Shown here one piece after another: positions 1 to 12,614 of a stretch of 64,000 nucleotides of DNA. The notes beneath the pieces are model-generated. The model did not search any database. It saw only the letters and a program-made list of their open reading frames with translations, and had not been told where the DNA came from. The stretch comes from the human T2T-CHM13v2.0 reference genome, Homo sapiens, in assembly GCF_009914755.1 (NCBI RefSeq), contig NC_060928.1. The stretch is one strand, 5' to 3'. Numbering within the stretch: the first letter of the stretch is position 1; each line of letters starts with the position of its first letter. Made by a program: the position numbers and the translations under genes.

Positions 1-434
1 TAAATTTTTATTTTTAAATTCTGGGGTACATGTGCAGGATGTGCAGGTTTGTTACATAAGTAAACGTGCGCCATGGTGGTTTGCTGCACCTATCAACCCA
101 TCACGTAGGTATTAAGCCAAGCATGCATTAGCTATTTTTCCTAATGCTCTCACTCCCCCACCCCGCCCCCTGACAGGCCCCAGTGTGTTTTGTTCCCCTA
201 CATGTGTCCACATGTTCTTATTGTTCAGCTCCCACTTATAAGTGAGAACAATGCAATGTTTGGTTTTCTGTCCTGTGTTAGTTTGCTGAAGAGAATGGCT
301 TCCAGCTCCATCCATGTTCCTGCAAAGGACACGATCTCATTCCTTTTTATGGCTGCATAATATTCAGTGGTATATATGTACCACATTTTCTTTAGCCAGT
401 CTATCACCGATGGGCATTTGGGTTGATTCCATGT
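1..434 (-). mobile_element. L1PA-type LINE-1 3' end (ORF2 C-terminus + 3' UTR), approx. L1PA8-13
   Basis: Minus-strand ORF 225..446 reads [30 protein letters not shown] (ORF2 C-terminus); 3' UTR antisense motif ggtacatgtgcaggatgtgcaggtttgttacat near the window start. Confidence 0.9.
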
Positions 435-1177
435 TTCCAAAGACATTTTTCACACAAATAGAAGAAACAATCTTAAAATTCTTAGGGAACCACAAAAAAA
501 TCCCAAGTAGCCAAAGCAATCTGGAGTAAAAAGAATAAAGCTGAAAACATCTCACTCCCTGACTTCAAAATATACAACAAAGAGATAGTAATCAAAACAG
601 CATGCTACTGGCATAAAAACAGACCCATAGATCAATGGAATAGAATGGAGAGCCCAGAAATAAATCCATGCATTTACAGTCAATTGACCTTTGGCAAAGA
701 TAGTAAGAACACACAGTAGGGAAAGGACTGTCTCTTCAGTAAGTGGTGTTGTGAAAACTGGGTATCCACATGCAGTAGAATAAAACTGAACCCTTATCTC
801 ACACCATATACAAAAATCAACTGAAAACAGATTAAAGACTTAAATGTAAGACCTGAAACTGTAAGACTACTAGAAACCAATATGGAGACAAAGCTTCTTG
901 ACATTGGTCTGGGCAAAGATTTTTTAGATATGGCTCCAAAAGCACAGAAAACACAAGCAAAAATGGACAAATGGGATTACATCAAATGAAGAAAAAAAAA
1001 CTTCTGCACAGCTAAGGAAATGATCAACAGAGTAAAAAAAATCCTACAGAATTGAAGAAAATATTTGCAAACAATACATCTGATAAGAGGTTAATATAAA
1101 AAATATATTAGAAACTCAAACAATTCAAGAGCAAGAAAACAACTCAATTAAAAAAATGGTCAAAGGACCTGAATAAA

Positions 1178-1575
1178 TACTATGTTTTGAATGTGTTCCC
1201 CAAAATTCACATGTTGGAAACTTAATCCCCAGTGCAACAATGTTGAGAGAGAGAGATGGGGCCCAATAAAGGTGACTGGGTATAATGGCAGAGCCTCATG
1301 GATGAATTAATGTAGTCACGGGAGTAAGTCAGTTATTAAGAGAGCAGGTGGTTATAAAAGTGAGCCTGGCCCCTCTTGCTTTCTCAGTCTTGTGTGCTTG
1401 CTTCTGTCTTCTGCCGTTTCACCATGGATATTGAAGCACAAAGCCGTCATCAAATGCCAGCACCATGCTCTTAGATTTGTCAGCCTGCAGAACCATGAGC
1501 CAAGCAAACTTCTATTATTTATAATTTACCCAGTCTGTGGTATTCTGTTGTAGCAACAGAGAATATACTAAGGCA
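1178..1575 (+). mobile_element. MaLR solo LTR (MST family, MSTB-like)
   Basis: Starts tactatgttttgaatgtg, ends tacccagtctgtggtattctgttgtagcaacag...ctaaggca; 5-bp TSD ataaa (1173-1177) / ataga (1576-1580). Confidence 0.85.
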
Positions 1576-1827
1576 ATAGACATTTCTTGAAAGAAGACAT
1601 ACAAATGGCCAGCAGGTATTTTTAAAAATGCTCAACATTATGAATGACAAGAGAAATGCAATAGAAAAGTACAATAAGATATTGCCTCGTATCTGTTAGA
1701 ATGGCTGTTAACAAGTGTTGAAAAGGATGTGGAGAAAAGGAAACTCTTGTATACTGCTGGTAGAAATGCAAATTAGTACAGCCATTATAGAAAAACAGTA
1801 TAAAGTGTTCTTTAAAAATAAAAAATA

Positions 1828-2205
1828 GATAAAGAAAATGTGGCACATATATACCATGGAATACTATGCAGCCATAAAAAAGGATGAGTTCATGTCCTTT
1901 GCAGGGACATGGATGAAGCTGGAAACCATCATTCTCAGCAAACTAACACAGGAACAGAAAACCATACACCACATGTTCTCACTCATAAGTAGGAATTGAA
2001 CAATGAGAACACATGGACGCAAGGAGGGGAACATCACACACCAGGGCCTGTCGGGGGGTGGGGGCCTAGGGGAGGGATAGCATTAGGAGAAATACCTAAT
2101 GTAGATGATGGGTTAATGGGTACAGCAAACCACCATGGCACGTGTATACCTATGTAACAAACCTGCATGTTCTGCACATGTATTCCAGAACTTAAAGTAT
2201 AATTA
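1828..2205 (+). mobile_element. 5'-truncated L1PA (approx. L1PA7) nested in the L1MA
   Basis: Typical 3' UTR (gggatagcattaggagaaatacctaatgtagatg...aacttaaagtataat) with A-rich TSD-like flanks aaaaataaaaaataga / aaaaattaaaaataga. Confidence 0.85.
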
Positions 2206-2733
2206 AAAAAATTAAAAATAGAACTACCATATGATCCAGCAATTTCGTTCCTGGGTATATACCCAAATGAAATGAAATCAGTATATCAAAGAGATCTCTG
2301 CACTCCCATGTTTATTGCAGCACTATTCACAATAGCCAAGAGGTGGAAACAACCTAAGTGTCCGTCAACAGATGACTGAAGAAAATATGGTATATATACA
2401 ATGGAATATGATTCACCCTTAAAAAAAGAAGGAAATCTGATTGTGATAAATAGGTGACAAGGGAAATAAGCCAGAAAGACAAATATGGCATAATCTCACT
2501 TTTATGTGGAATCTAAAAAAAGCAAACTTTTTAAGGAATGGAAACAACTGGTCATTAAAGGTGGAGACATACCGGTGATGATATGATCTATCTATAGCTT
2601 CCCCTGGAGAAGGTGTTTGTTTACAGACAAAGATAATTTGATTACAACCAGGAACAGAGTCTGAAAGTCTGAGCTTCCCTTAGAACATGGCTTTTTTTTC
2701 TTTTGAGAAGTGAGTCTTGAATTGCAGCGTGCT

Positions 2734-2735
<2 letters not shown>

Positions 2736-2767
<32 letters not shown>

Positions 2768-3096
2768 TTTAGCTTAGGTTTGGGGGCACATGTGCAGGCT
2801 TGTTATATAGGTAAACTCGTGTGATGGGAGTTTGTTGTACAGATTATTTCATCATCCAGTTACCAAGCCTAGTATCCAATAGTCATTTTTTCTGCTCCTC
2901 TCCCTCCTCCCACCCTCCACCCTTAAGTAGGCCCCAGCGTCTGTTGTTTCCGTTTTTGTGTTTATGAGTTCTCATCATTTAGCTCCTACTTAGAAAGGAG
3001 AACACGCTGCATTTGGTTTTCTGTTCCTGTGTTAGTTTGCTAAGGCTAATGGCCTCCAGCTCAATCCATGTTCCCACAAAGAACGTGATCTCATTC
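2736..3096 (-). mobile_element. Short L1PA13-16-type 3' end with 30-nt poly(A), part of a TSD-flanked composite insertion (2530-3096)
   Basis: T30 at 2736-2765 followed by antisense L1 3' UTR (cacatgtgcaggcttgttatataggtaaactcgtg); 14-bp direct repeat aaaaaagcaaactt at 2516-2529 and 3097-3110. Confidence 0.85.
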
Positions 3097-3572
3097 AAAA
3101 AAGCAAACTTATAAAACAGAGAGTAGAACAATAGTTTCCAAGGGCTGGAGGTCAGGTAGAAGAGTGAGAAGGATGTTGGCCAAAGGGTACATAGTTTTGG
3201 TTAGATAGGATGAAAAGTTTTGGAGATCTATTGTATAGCATGATGATGACAATAATAATGTATTACACACTTGAAATTGCTGAGAGTAGATCTTAAATGT
3301 TCTCACCACAAAAAAAGGTATAAGAGGTGATTGATATGTTAATTAGCTTGACTTAATCATTTCACAATGTATACATATACCAAAATGTCACATCATATAC
3401 AATTTGTATTTGTCAATTATACCTTTGTAAAGGAACAAATTTTTATAAATAGTGAGGCTGAATATTTTTTCATATTTTTATTCATCCTTTGACATTCTTT
3501 TTCTGAGAACTGTCCATTTATGCCTTTTGTCCGTTCTCTGATCGGTAAGTTCCTTCTTTTAAGTTTGAAAGA

Positions 3573-4458
3573 TCCTCCCTCTAGCTGCCATCTTGCATCC
3601 CCGAATGTGTGTGCCTAATCTTAGCTGGTCCACCCGAGATACCCTGAGCACCAACCCTAGTCCCCCTAGCAGCCCCTTATCTGCTCCAACAAGATGAAAG
3701 AAATGATCATGAACCAGGAAAACTCGCCAAACTGCAGGCACAAGTGCGCATTGGTGGGAAAGGAACTGCTCACAGAAAGAAGAAGGTCTTCCATAGAACA
3801 GCCACAGCCGATGATAAAAAGCTTCAATTCTCCTTAAAGAAGTTACAGGTAAACAATATCTCTGGTATTGAAAAGGTGAATATGTTTACAAACCAAGGAA
3901 CAGTGATCCACTTTAACAACCCTAAATTTCAGGCATCGCTGGCAGTGAACACTTTCACCATAACAGGTCATGCTGAGGCAAAGCAGGTGACAGAAATGCT
4001 ACCCAGTGTCTTAAGCCAGCTTGGTGCAGACAGTCTGACTAGTTTAAGGAGACTGGCTGAAGTTCTGCCCAAACAACCTGTGGATGGAAAAGCACCACTT
4101 GCTACTGGAGGGGATGATGATGATGGAGTTCCAGAATTGTGGAGAATTTTGATGAGGCTTCCAGGAATGAGGCAAGCTGAATTGAGTCGACTTCTGAAGA
4201 AGATAAAACTTGAAGAAGTTACTGGGAGCTGCTATTTTCTATTATGACTGCTTTTTAAGAAATTTTTGTTCATGGATCTGATAAAATCTAGATCTCTATA
4301 CTTCTAAGCCCAAGCCCCTTGGACACTGTAGCACTTTTTAGTTTTCGCTTATACATAATCATTCTTTTTAGCTAATTAAGCTGCAGAAGCTGGGAAATAA
4401 AGTTCGAAACAAAGGTTAATAAAGTTCTTTGCCTAGTAAAAAATTAAAAAGTAAAAAT
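3573..4458 (+). pseudogene. BTF3P: Processed pseudogene of BTF3 (NAC beta subunit), short-isoform (BTF3b) mRNA
   Basis: Intronless: 5' UTR, ATG at 3694 (MKEMIMNQE), 1-bp deletion near 3720, then [33 protein letters not shown]...[11 protein letters not shown]...[13 protein letters not shown]; second frameshift near 4137; ancestral stop TGA 4178-4180; AATAAA at 4396 and 4418; A-tail 4438-4458; TSD aagtttgaaaga (3561-3572) / aaatttgaaaga (4459-4470) at a tttt/aa endonuclease site. Pseudogene number not determinable here. Confidence 0.96.
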
Positions 4459-4621
4459 AAATTTGAAAGACCATTTATATATTTTAATAGGCATTTTTCA
4501 CATGTTGCAAAGATTTTCCCTAGTGTTTCGTTTATCTTGTATTTTTTTGTGTGTGTATGTTTAATCAATAGCAGTTGTAACTTTTTAAACTATGAACTAG
4601 AAATAAATGGATAAAAGATGT

Positions 4622-4915
<294 letters not shown>

Positions 4916-5039
4916 CCCTAAAAGATTATTGTAGATTATTATTTTCTAGTGTTTAAAGGATGCTGAGGCATATTCTTTTCCACAATTTTTTAAAAATTTG
5001 ATCTCAATATAATAATACATAAATTACACATGCATTTGA

Positions 5040-5327
<288 letters not shown>

Positions 5328-5641
5328 TAAAATTCTTTTTCTGTACTAGTCCACACTATCTTTTCTCATGAAAATGTATTATTAAGCAGGATTTGTCTAG
5401 TAGAACCAGTTTGCCCTTGGTTATAAATGCATAGAAGATCAAAAACTAAATTAAAGCTGGAGGAACCATTATCAGGATTATTTTCTTCAGCTAAAAATGT
5501 GGGGAAAGATGTCCCACCTTCCTTCAGTTAGAACCAGTGCCAAACTATGTAGTAACTTACAAGATTTATTTTAGTGACCCTTGGAGAAAATTCTATGTCT
5601 TCTTGATGTAACCTATTCCAACATTAAATGATTTTCGTTAA

Positions 5642-5971
<330 letters not shown>

Positions 5972-6158
5972 TGTTTTTGATTTTCTTTTTAAAGTTATTA
6001 TTTAACAATGACTTTCCACAGGCTATTGCCCCTTAGACTTCATGTCTCCAGATTGAACAATCCCAACTCCATATGCAGACCAAGTCAAATAATTTCCCTT
6101 ATATTTATTTGGAGTTCAAGAACATATGAGCAACTAGAGACATTAAGTGAGGACCAAG

Positions 6159-6180
6159 CACACACACACACACACACACA
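6159..6180. repeat. (CA)n microsatellite
   Basis: 11 CA units seen directly. Confidence 0.95.
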
Positions 6181-6709
6181 GGCACATGGACAGGCACAGT
6201 CCCTTATTTTAAAAGTGTCTAAGGTTGACTCCAAATTTTCCATTTTAACATTTTAATTAGGGTAAAATATACTTCATTTTGCCTAAACAAAGACCAATTG
6301 TAATAAACCACATTTGCTTTTCATTTTAGTGAAAACTTCAAGTAAAGCCCGAAAGGGTCTTCCACTGCGGAAGGGACCTGGGATAAGCTGTAGAGAAGAA
6401 GAAGTTGCAAGACCAAGTTTGTTGTAAACATAGGCTTCTAGCATTCCCTGAGCCCTCTCTGTGCATGGAGCTCTACTCTGAGCCCGAGACTTAAGGAAGA
6501 AGCTTATCCTTTCCTGGAAAGACAGGGCAAACAAAATGAGAACCCATGTTAATAGAGAAGATGGGCACATAAATAATGACTTACAGGGTAGAGCTAGGTG
6601 CTTGGGATGGCAAACCACATGGGGCAGAATACATGAATTTGACCTAAAGAGATTTTTGTGGCTCTTTTATGGCTACATTCTAGGTCAAGAGACTTCAACC
6701 AAATAGCTC

Positions 6710-7071
6710 TATCTTCTTCCATTAGGGCTCCTCTAACAAAAATACCTTAGACTAGTCATTTATAAACAGTAGAAACTTATTGCTCACAGTTCTGAAGGCT
6801 GAGAATTCTGAGACCAAGACTCCAGCGGATTCGGTGTCCTGTGAGGGCCCCTTCCTTATAGATGATGCATTCCAGCTGTGTCTTCACGTGGCAGAAGGGG
6901 CAGAATAAGTTCCCTCTAGCCTCTCTTATAAGAGCACTAATCCCATTCATGTGGCTCTGCCCTCATGACCTAATCACCTCCTAAAGCCCTCACCTCTTAA
7001 TATTATTGCTTTGGTGATTAGGTTTCAATAATAGATTGTGGGTGAGAGAACACAAATGTTCAGACCATAGC
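6710..7071 (-). mobile_element. MaLR LTR (MLT1A/MSTD-like)
   Basis: Antisense motifs ttattgctcacagttctgaaggctg, gcactaatcccattcatg, ctcatgacctaatcacctcc, ttcagaccatagc. Confidence 0.85.
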
Positions 7072-7329
7072 TTCTGGGTACAGAGGAGGTCCATCATATT
7101 CAGCCTCTCTGCAGATGGCCTTACCCATGGCCCAGATGCCTCTCCAGAATCTCTGAAAAGTCATTTCATTCTGCAGGCCCTTTCTCCTCCACCTCGTCCA
7201 TTTACCTATAGTACAGCTACCTGCCTTCCTAATTCCTACTGGTGGGAGCTTCAGGTGTGGGGCCCAGAGACTCTTTATGTGGAGTCAACTCATCTCAGAT
7301 GGGTCTTGGTGAGAATGAGATGGTGCCAG

Positions 7330-8361
7330 TGTTAGCAGCAGTGAATCCGTATGGGTTTGCAGCAACTCGATTCTTGGCTCCTCAGAGGAAAGAATTCACT
7401 GGAGAGGCATAAGGCAGATTGAGAGACCAAAGCAAGTTTTAGAGCAGGAACCAAAGGAAGTAAAGTATACTTGGAAGAGGGCCAAGCAGGCAACTTGAAA
7501 GATCCAAGTGCACTTTCAGCCCTTCACTTGGAGGTTTATACATTGGCATGGTTCCAGGGTTTGTGTCTCTCCCTTGATTTTTTCCTTGGGGCAGGCTGTC
7601 TGCATGTGGTGGCCTGCCAGGACTTAGGAGGGGCTACATGTGCAGTGTGCTTACCAAAGTTTTGTGCATGTTCATTTGAGGTGTTTTTCCCTTACCAGTT
7701 CATATGGTTTGGCTGTGTCCCCACCCAAATCTCATCTTGAATTGTTGTTCCCATAATCCCCATGTGTCATGGGAGGGACCCAGTGGGAGGTAATTGAATT
7801 ATGGGGGTGGTTACCCATGCTGTTCTCATGATAGTGACTTCTCATGAGATCCGATGGTTTTATAAGCATCTGGCTTTCCCCTGCCAGCACTTCTGATTCC
7901 TGCTACCCTGTGAAGAAGGATGTGTTTGCTTCCCCTTCTGGCATGATTGTAAGTTTCCTGAGGCCTCCCCAGCCATGTGGAACTGTGAGTCACTTAAATC
8001 CCTTTTGTTTATAAATTACCCAGTCTTGGGTATAATTCATAGAAGCATGACAACAGACTAATACACCAGCCGAATATTCTTAGAAGTTCATATACCAGTT
8101 AAACACCACCATTTTGCCTTTTAGGGCACATGCTTGAGTCCACTTACTCAGCTCCTGAGATCTTATCAGGAAGCCGCTGATCACCCACTTCAGGTGTTTT
8201 CTATCTAATGGGAGCCTGCCTTTCTCTGGTGCCAGCTGTGTCCAATTATTATTTTAGAGTGACAGTTAACAACAACTTGAGCATCACCTGATGGTCACCT
8301 GACATTCCTTGTGGGGACCTCTCCTACCCTGCTCATGTCTGCCCAGCTACCTACTTTTACA
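7330..8361 (-). mobile_element. ERV1 solo LTR (MER50-like), split by a THE1 LTR
   Basis: tgttagcagcagtgaatccgtatggg...ctacctacttttaca termini; 4-bp TSD ccag/ccgg. Confidence 0.8.
7700..8065 (+). mobile_element. THE1 (THE1C/D-like) solo LTR
   Basis: atatggtttggctgtgtccccacccaaatctcatcttgaattg...gactaataca; 5-bp TSD ccagt/ccagc. Confidence 0.93.
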
Positions 8362-9297
8362 CCGGGGGTAATAGAACTAGGGTGTTTAGTACCATTAGAT
8401 GCAATGACCTGTAAAGATTGACTGAGTAACTGCACATATGTCCTGTTTCCTCTTTTATCCCTAAAGCATATGTTCTCTGAGATCTCCCAATCTACTATCC
8501 ACTCCCCAAGAGGGCGCTCTGGAACCAGGACACACTCAAATCACCTAGTTTTAAAAACTCTCCAGATGAGCAGTGCTGCCTCCATGATATTAACCAGTCA
8601 AATCTCCAAGAGGTCAGACTCCTGAGGTCCAGGGTCTCAGCCAACATGTGCGAGCTCCTTGGCAAGCTAACATTTTGACACTGTTTCAAATTAATATTTT
8701 AAAAATATTCTAGGATTTTCAGCTTAATGTTTGCGGGAGATGACAAAATGTTCGGGCAGATGGGTGGAGCAGGAGGACATGGATGCCAGGACTCAGCATC
8801 TCCTCTGTTGACCCAGCAATCCTGCCTTGGCTGCACCTCACTAAGGGAAACAAAAGCTTAGTGTTAATTGCACTCATCTTCCTTAGACCGTAGTTAGTTG
8901 ACCAACTATTTTTATTCAAGGGTGCCTCTTAGAGGTTCTAATTCTCAATCCAAGTGGCTGTATAAGAGCTTTATTTCTTTGAACCACATGCAGTACTTTC
9001 CCTGAAAGGAATTTGGTGAGTGTAATTTTCACCTCTCATTATATTTCCAATGAGTTCTTAGTGCGCTTGCGTGCACGCATGCACACACACGATCAGGACT
9101 CCTGGAAATTGCCATATTAGTCCATGTCTTGATCTAATATTGCATGGACAGAATTTCACATGGGTCATTTGTTGTCCTAGTACTTTTTAAGTTAGCTTAG
9201 TGCAAACAAAACACAAAACTAAAATAATTTACCTCCTAAAGAATTCAGAGCAATTTAGAGAATGCATCATAAAAGATTGCTTTCAATTTTTTAAATT

Positions 9298-9578
9298 TTG
9301 TTTCTTTTTCAAGTTGGGGTATTGTTCTGTCACCCAGGCTGGAGTGCAATGGCACCATTATGGCTCACAGGTACCTCAAACTACTGGGCTCCCGCAATCC
9401 TTCCTCCTCAACCTCCTGCCACCTGCCACTGTGCCTGGCTAATTTTTTTTTTTTTTTTTTTTTTGGTAGAGACAGGGTCTTGCTTTGTTACCTAGGCTGG
9501 TCTCCTGGGCTGAAATGATCCTCCTACCTCAGCCTCCCAAAGTGTTGGGATTATAGGCATGAGTCACCGTGCCCAGCC
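9298..9578 (-). mobile_element. Alu (AluJ-like)
   Basis: Diverged antisense Alu body. Confidence 0.85.
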
Positions 9579-12500
9579 CAACTCTCAAATTATATCACAC
9601 AGGCAGGAAGTGTCTGATAGCAGGTGGCATAGGCTCTGTGGGACTGTTTTCTTTTAAGAAACAATCTCTCATCATCAACATGCTTGAGGCCCCAGGAAAG
9701 GTCTTTAGTGCTTTAACTTGGGCACTCTGTGTTTGTCCAGCTGCACTGACATTTCATGGTGTGGGTGAGTCAGTGGGGAAGGGAAAGGCAGCAGCCATGA
9801 GAGGCAAGCCAAGGATATGGAACCTCTGGAAAGAACCAAAAAGATCAATGGGTGTCCTGCCTTTTCACCTCCCTATCCACTGGATTCACTTGATAGTAGT
9901 AGCAGCAAAAGAGCCATCCAGTCAGTAGGGACCTGCCTGGTCTGCAACGAAAGAAGAAGGCTTTCTGGGCCCTATTTCGTCAAGAGAAGGATTTAATATT
10001 TCACTTAGCCAGACCTCCATGTTCAACTGAAGGACAGACATCCCCGTGGATGTCTAAGCAGACATTTATCCTGGCAGCTGTGGGGCCAGATTCCTGGACT
10101 TTATGACTCAGGCTTTTTCAAAAGCAAAAAAACACTACAAGAGAAGGCCCTCATTATTTAAAAAGAATTAAGGATTCCCAGTTCAGGCAAGTCTTCCAGG
10201 GTCCTAAACTGGGGATCAGTCAGGTGAATTCAGCCAGTGATTGGTTTGGTTCACACAACGTTTTATTTTTTATTTTTAATTGGCAACCCCTGCACAAAGC
10301 AACAATACTGGAGGTAGGGTTTCAGGATTTAGACTGAGGCCCACAAGTGTTTTCTGAGCACTCTGGATGGGCAGGCTCTCTGATAGGCCGGTTCTCTGAT
10401 AGGCCAGTCTTCCGGTCACTCACTCTAGTCCTGCCCAGTGACCTTGAAATAAATTGCAGCGCAAAATAGCAGAGTGCCCCACCTTCAGAGTGTTTGAGAC
10501 TTTCCCCTCCTGAGTGGAAACACGGAGGCTCAGAGCAAGATTAGGAGAATCAGTCTTGGCAACAGATAAAGGGATCAATGGAAGAAGGAGCAGCTGAGGC
10601 CTGGGGAAATTTACATAAGCCTGCTAGAAGTAGGGGCTCAGAGCCTCAGAAGGGACAGTAAGAAACCAGACCAAAGGAAAACATCTGTAATGAGCTGTGA
10701 GGACCAGTGAGCTGCAGAGGTCAGAGCAGGCACCTCCCCACCTACAGAACAATCAAGCAGTTGCCAAAGCAAACCTTTCTGCAGTTGGGATTTATTTTAT
10801 TGTCATTCTTCCCTTCCCATGGCTGCTGAGCCTTTGAAGTAATCCTCAGCGTGAAAAGATAGGAGGATGTGCACATAAGAGGCCCTTTGAAAAAGCCTTA
10901 GGGAAAGTAGCCAAGCTCCGGAGGGAGCAATTGTAAAGTGACTAGAACAAGGAAGTAGGGAAGGACTGTGGGGAGACCAGGCGGGTAGCTTAAAACCCTT
11001 GCCATAGCAAGCCTTTTTTAAGTGGCAAGCCAGAAGGCCCAGCCCAGTGGGCCTCAGCCAGCACTTGGGCTCATGGTCCTATTTCAGCATGAAATTCATT
11101 CCTGTGACTGCAAGGGAGCCGAACAGTACAACGATCTTAATGACTGTATTGCAAACCACAAAGGATCTATGTTCATGAATAAGCAATAATCAGCTGAAAA
11201 CATATTATGTTTACCACAAAAAAAAAAGGCGGAAAGAGCACAAAATCTAGTGAGTAAAGTGTAGGCAGCAGATAGTAATGTGGTAGCCGATGTTCATCCC
11301 CTTGACCACTCTCATCAGGCCCAGAGACATGGTGCTTACATTTGCTCCAGTGGAGACTGGATAGAAAGAGTAGAGATGCAAAGAAAAAAACAACCTTAGC
11401 TTTTTAGGGAAAACACTAAGGGCTCTGGCATAAAACTGGAGAGATTACAGGGGGTATGTGAATATACAGAGCAGGTACCTCATCTGCTCTGCCATCATGA
11501 CCAATAAAGAGCTTTGAGCCAGAGAGAGGGAAAAGAGTTTGCAGTCAAGGAAAATTATAAATTATAGCATGAAGTCCCTGTACTGTGCTTCTATACCCTG
11601 GAATACATCCTGGGGGAAGAGTGACCAGATGCCCCATGAAACATGAAGAGATCCAAGGCAGAGAGAACTCATGTCCTGTTCTTCATCTGGATATTTGATG
11701 TCTGTTTGGAGAAGGCCAACAGGAAAATGGTATGGAAGATCTAACCACCAGAGGGCCAATAGCTGACCCCATGTTCCTAGTGGCTTCCAAGTGCCCCAGA
11801 AGATTTTGCAGGTAACTGAGAGAGAAAGAGAGGAGCAGTGCTGCTCCAGGATTGCTTGGGTCAAAGTGAAGATCCAAGAAGTAGGAGACCTGGATTACGA
11901 GACTTGTGTCAGTGATGGGAGAAAGTTGCGGCTGCAGTCTTGGAGGCATCCTCAGCTCCGTGGTGCTAAGTGGGAGCAGAATGGACACTCATATGAAGAT
12001 GGGCTCTCACCATCTGTAGGAGTAAGCACCATGGGCTGTGCGCACCAAGAACAAGGCTGGTCCAGGTGACGTGGGATGGGGTGGGGGCTGTGATAGGAGA
12101 CCAGAGTGGACCCATTTTCCTCCTCTGGTGGCTTCAGTGGGATTTTCCATAAGCCTCCAGGAGTTTAGGATAGACACCACAAAAAGGGGAGGAAGAAAAC
12201 CCTGAGGAAGGGGGAATATAACTGAATTTCCAATTAGAAGATACTGGAAAGTTACTGGCTGGGGCTGAGAAGACCCAGAAAGTAGCATTTGGAATATGAT
12301 GATGAGAGCTGGCACAGCTCTGGGAACTAATACCACTCAGGGTCCCTAGGGAAAGTGGAGGAAGTACTTAAGTAAGAGAAAAGACAAATTAACTTGTCAG
12401 AGCCATCTGTTAGGTAGCTCTAATGCAGTAGATTCTTGCATAATGAAGTATCATTTAGTAGTAGTGGTGAGTGCCCACTTTCTTGCTTCTTTTCAGATTC

Positions 12501-12614
12501 CATTTGGTGGATGCAAAAGTATTCACAGATTAGCACAGTATTTGCAACAGTGGCACATGAGGACAAAGGTCATGTTGCAGTATTAAACAATGTATATTGT
12601 TCTTAAATGTGTAG

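Larger units (their letters stand above)
435..3435 (+). mobile_element. Old L1MA-type LINE-1 (ORF2 3' half + 3' UTR), interrupted by three younger insertions
   Basis: Degenerate ORF2 (PKTFFTQIEETILKF...), continuing collinearly across the insertions at 1178-1575, 1828-2205 and 2530-3096 to an L1MA-like 3' end (ttggagatctattgtatagcatg...aattagcttgacttaatcatttcacaatgtatac). Confidence 0.85.

Noticed and set aside
1-1170. Antisense L1 abutting sense L1 at about 435, resembling a twin-priming inversion
   Set aside because: The two parts differ in age (L1PA versus L1MA) and the sense part continues to its own 3' end at about 3435, so these are separate insertions.
2052-2076. G-quadruplex-like G-runs
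   Set aside because: Standard feature of the L1PA 3' UTR, not locus-specific.
3744-4247. 167-aa ORF as a functional BTF3 gene
   Set aside because: No introns, has poly(A) and TSD, a GTG start, and two frameshifts relative to BTF3.
6316-6427. Acceptor-like ttttcattttag followed by a 32-codon open frame (KTSSKARKGLPLRK...)
   Set aside because: No recognisable protein and no supporting upstream exon; expected by chance.
11562-12336. Cluster of overlapping 90-110 aa ORFs on both strands
   Set aside because: No domain similarity I can recognise; consistent with chance ORFs in higher-GC, possibly ancient repeat-derived DNA.
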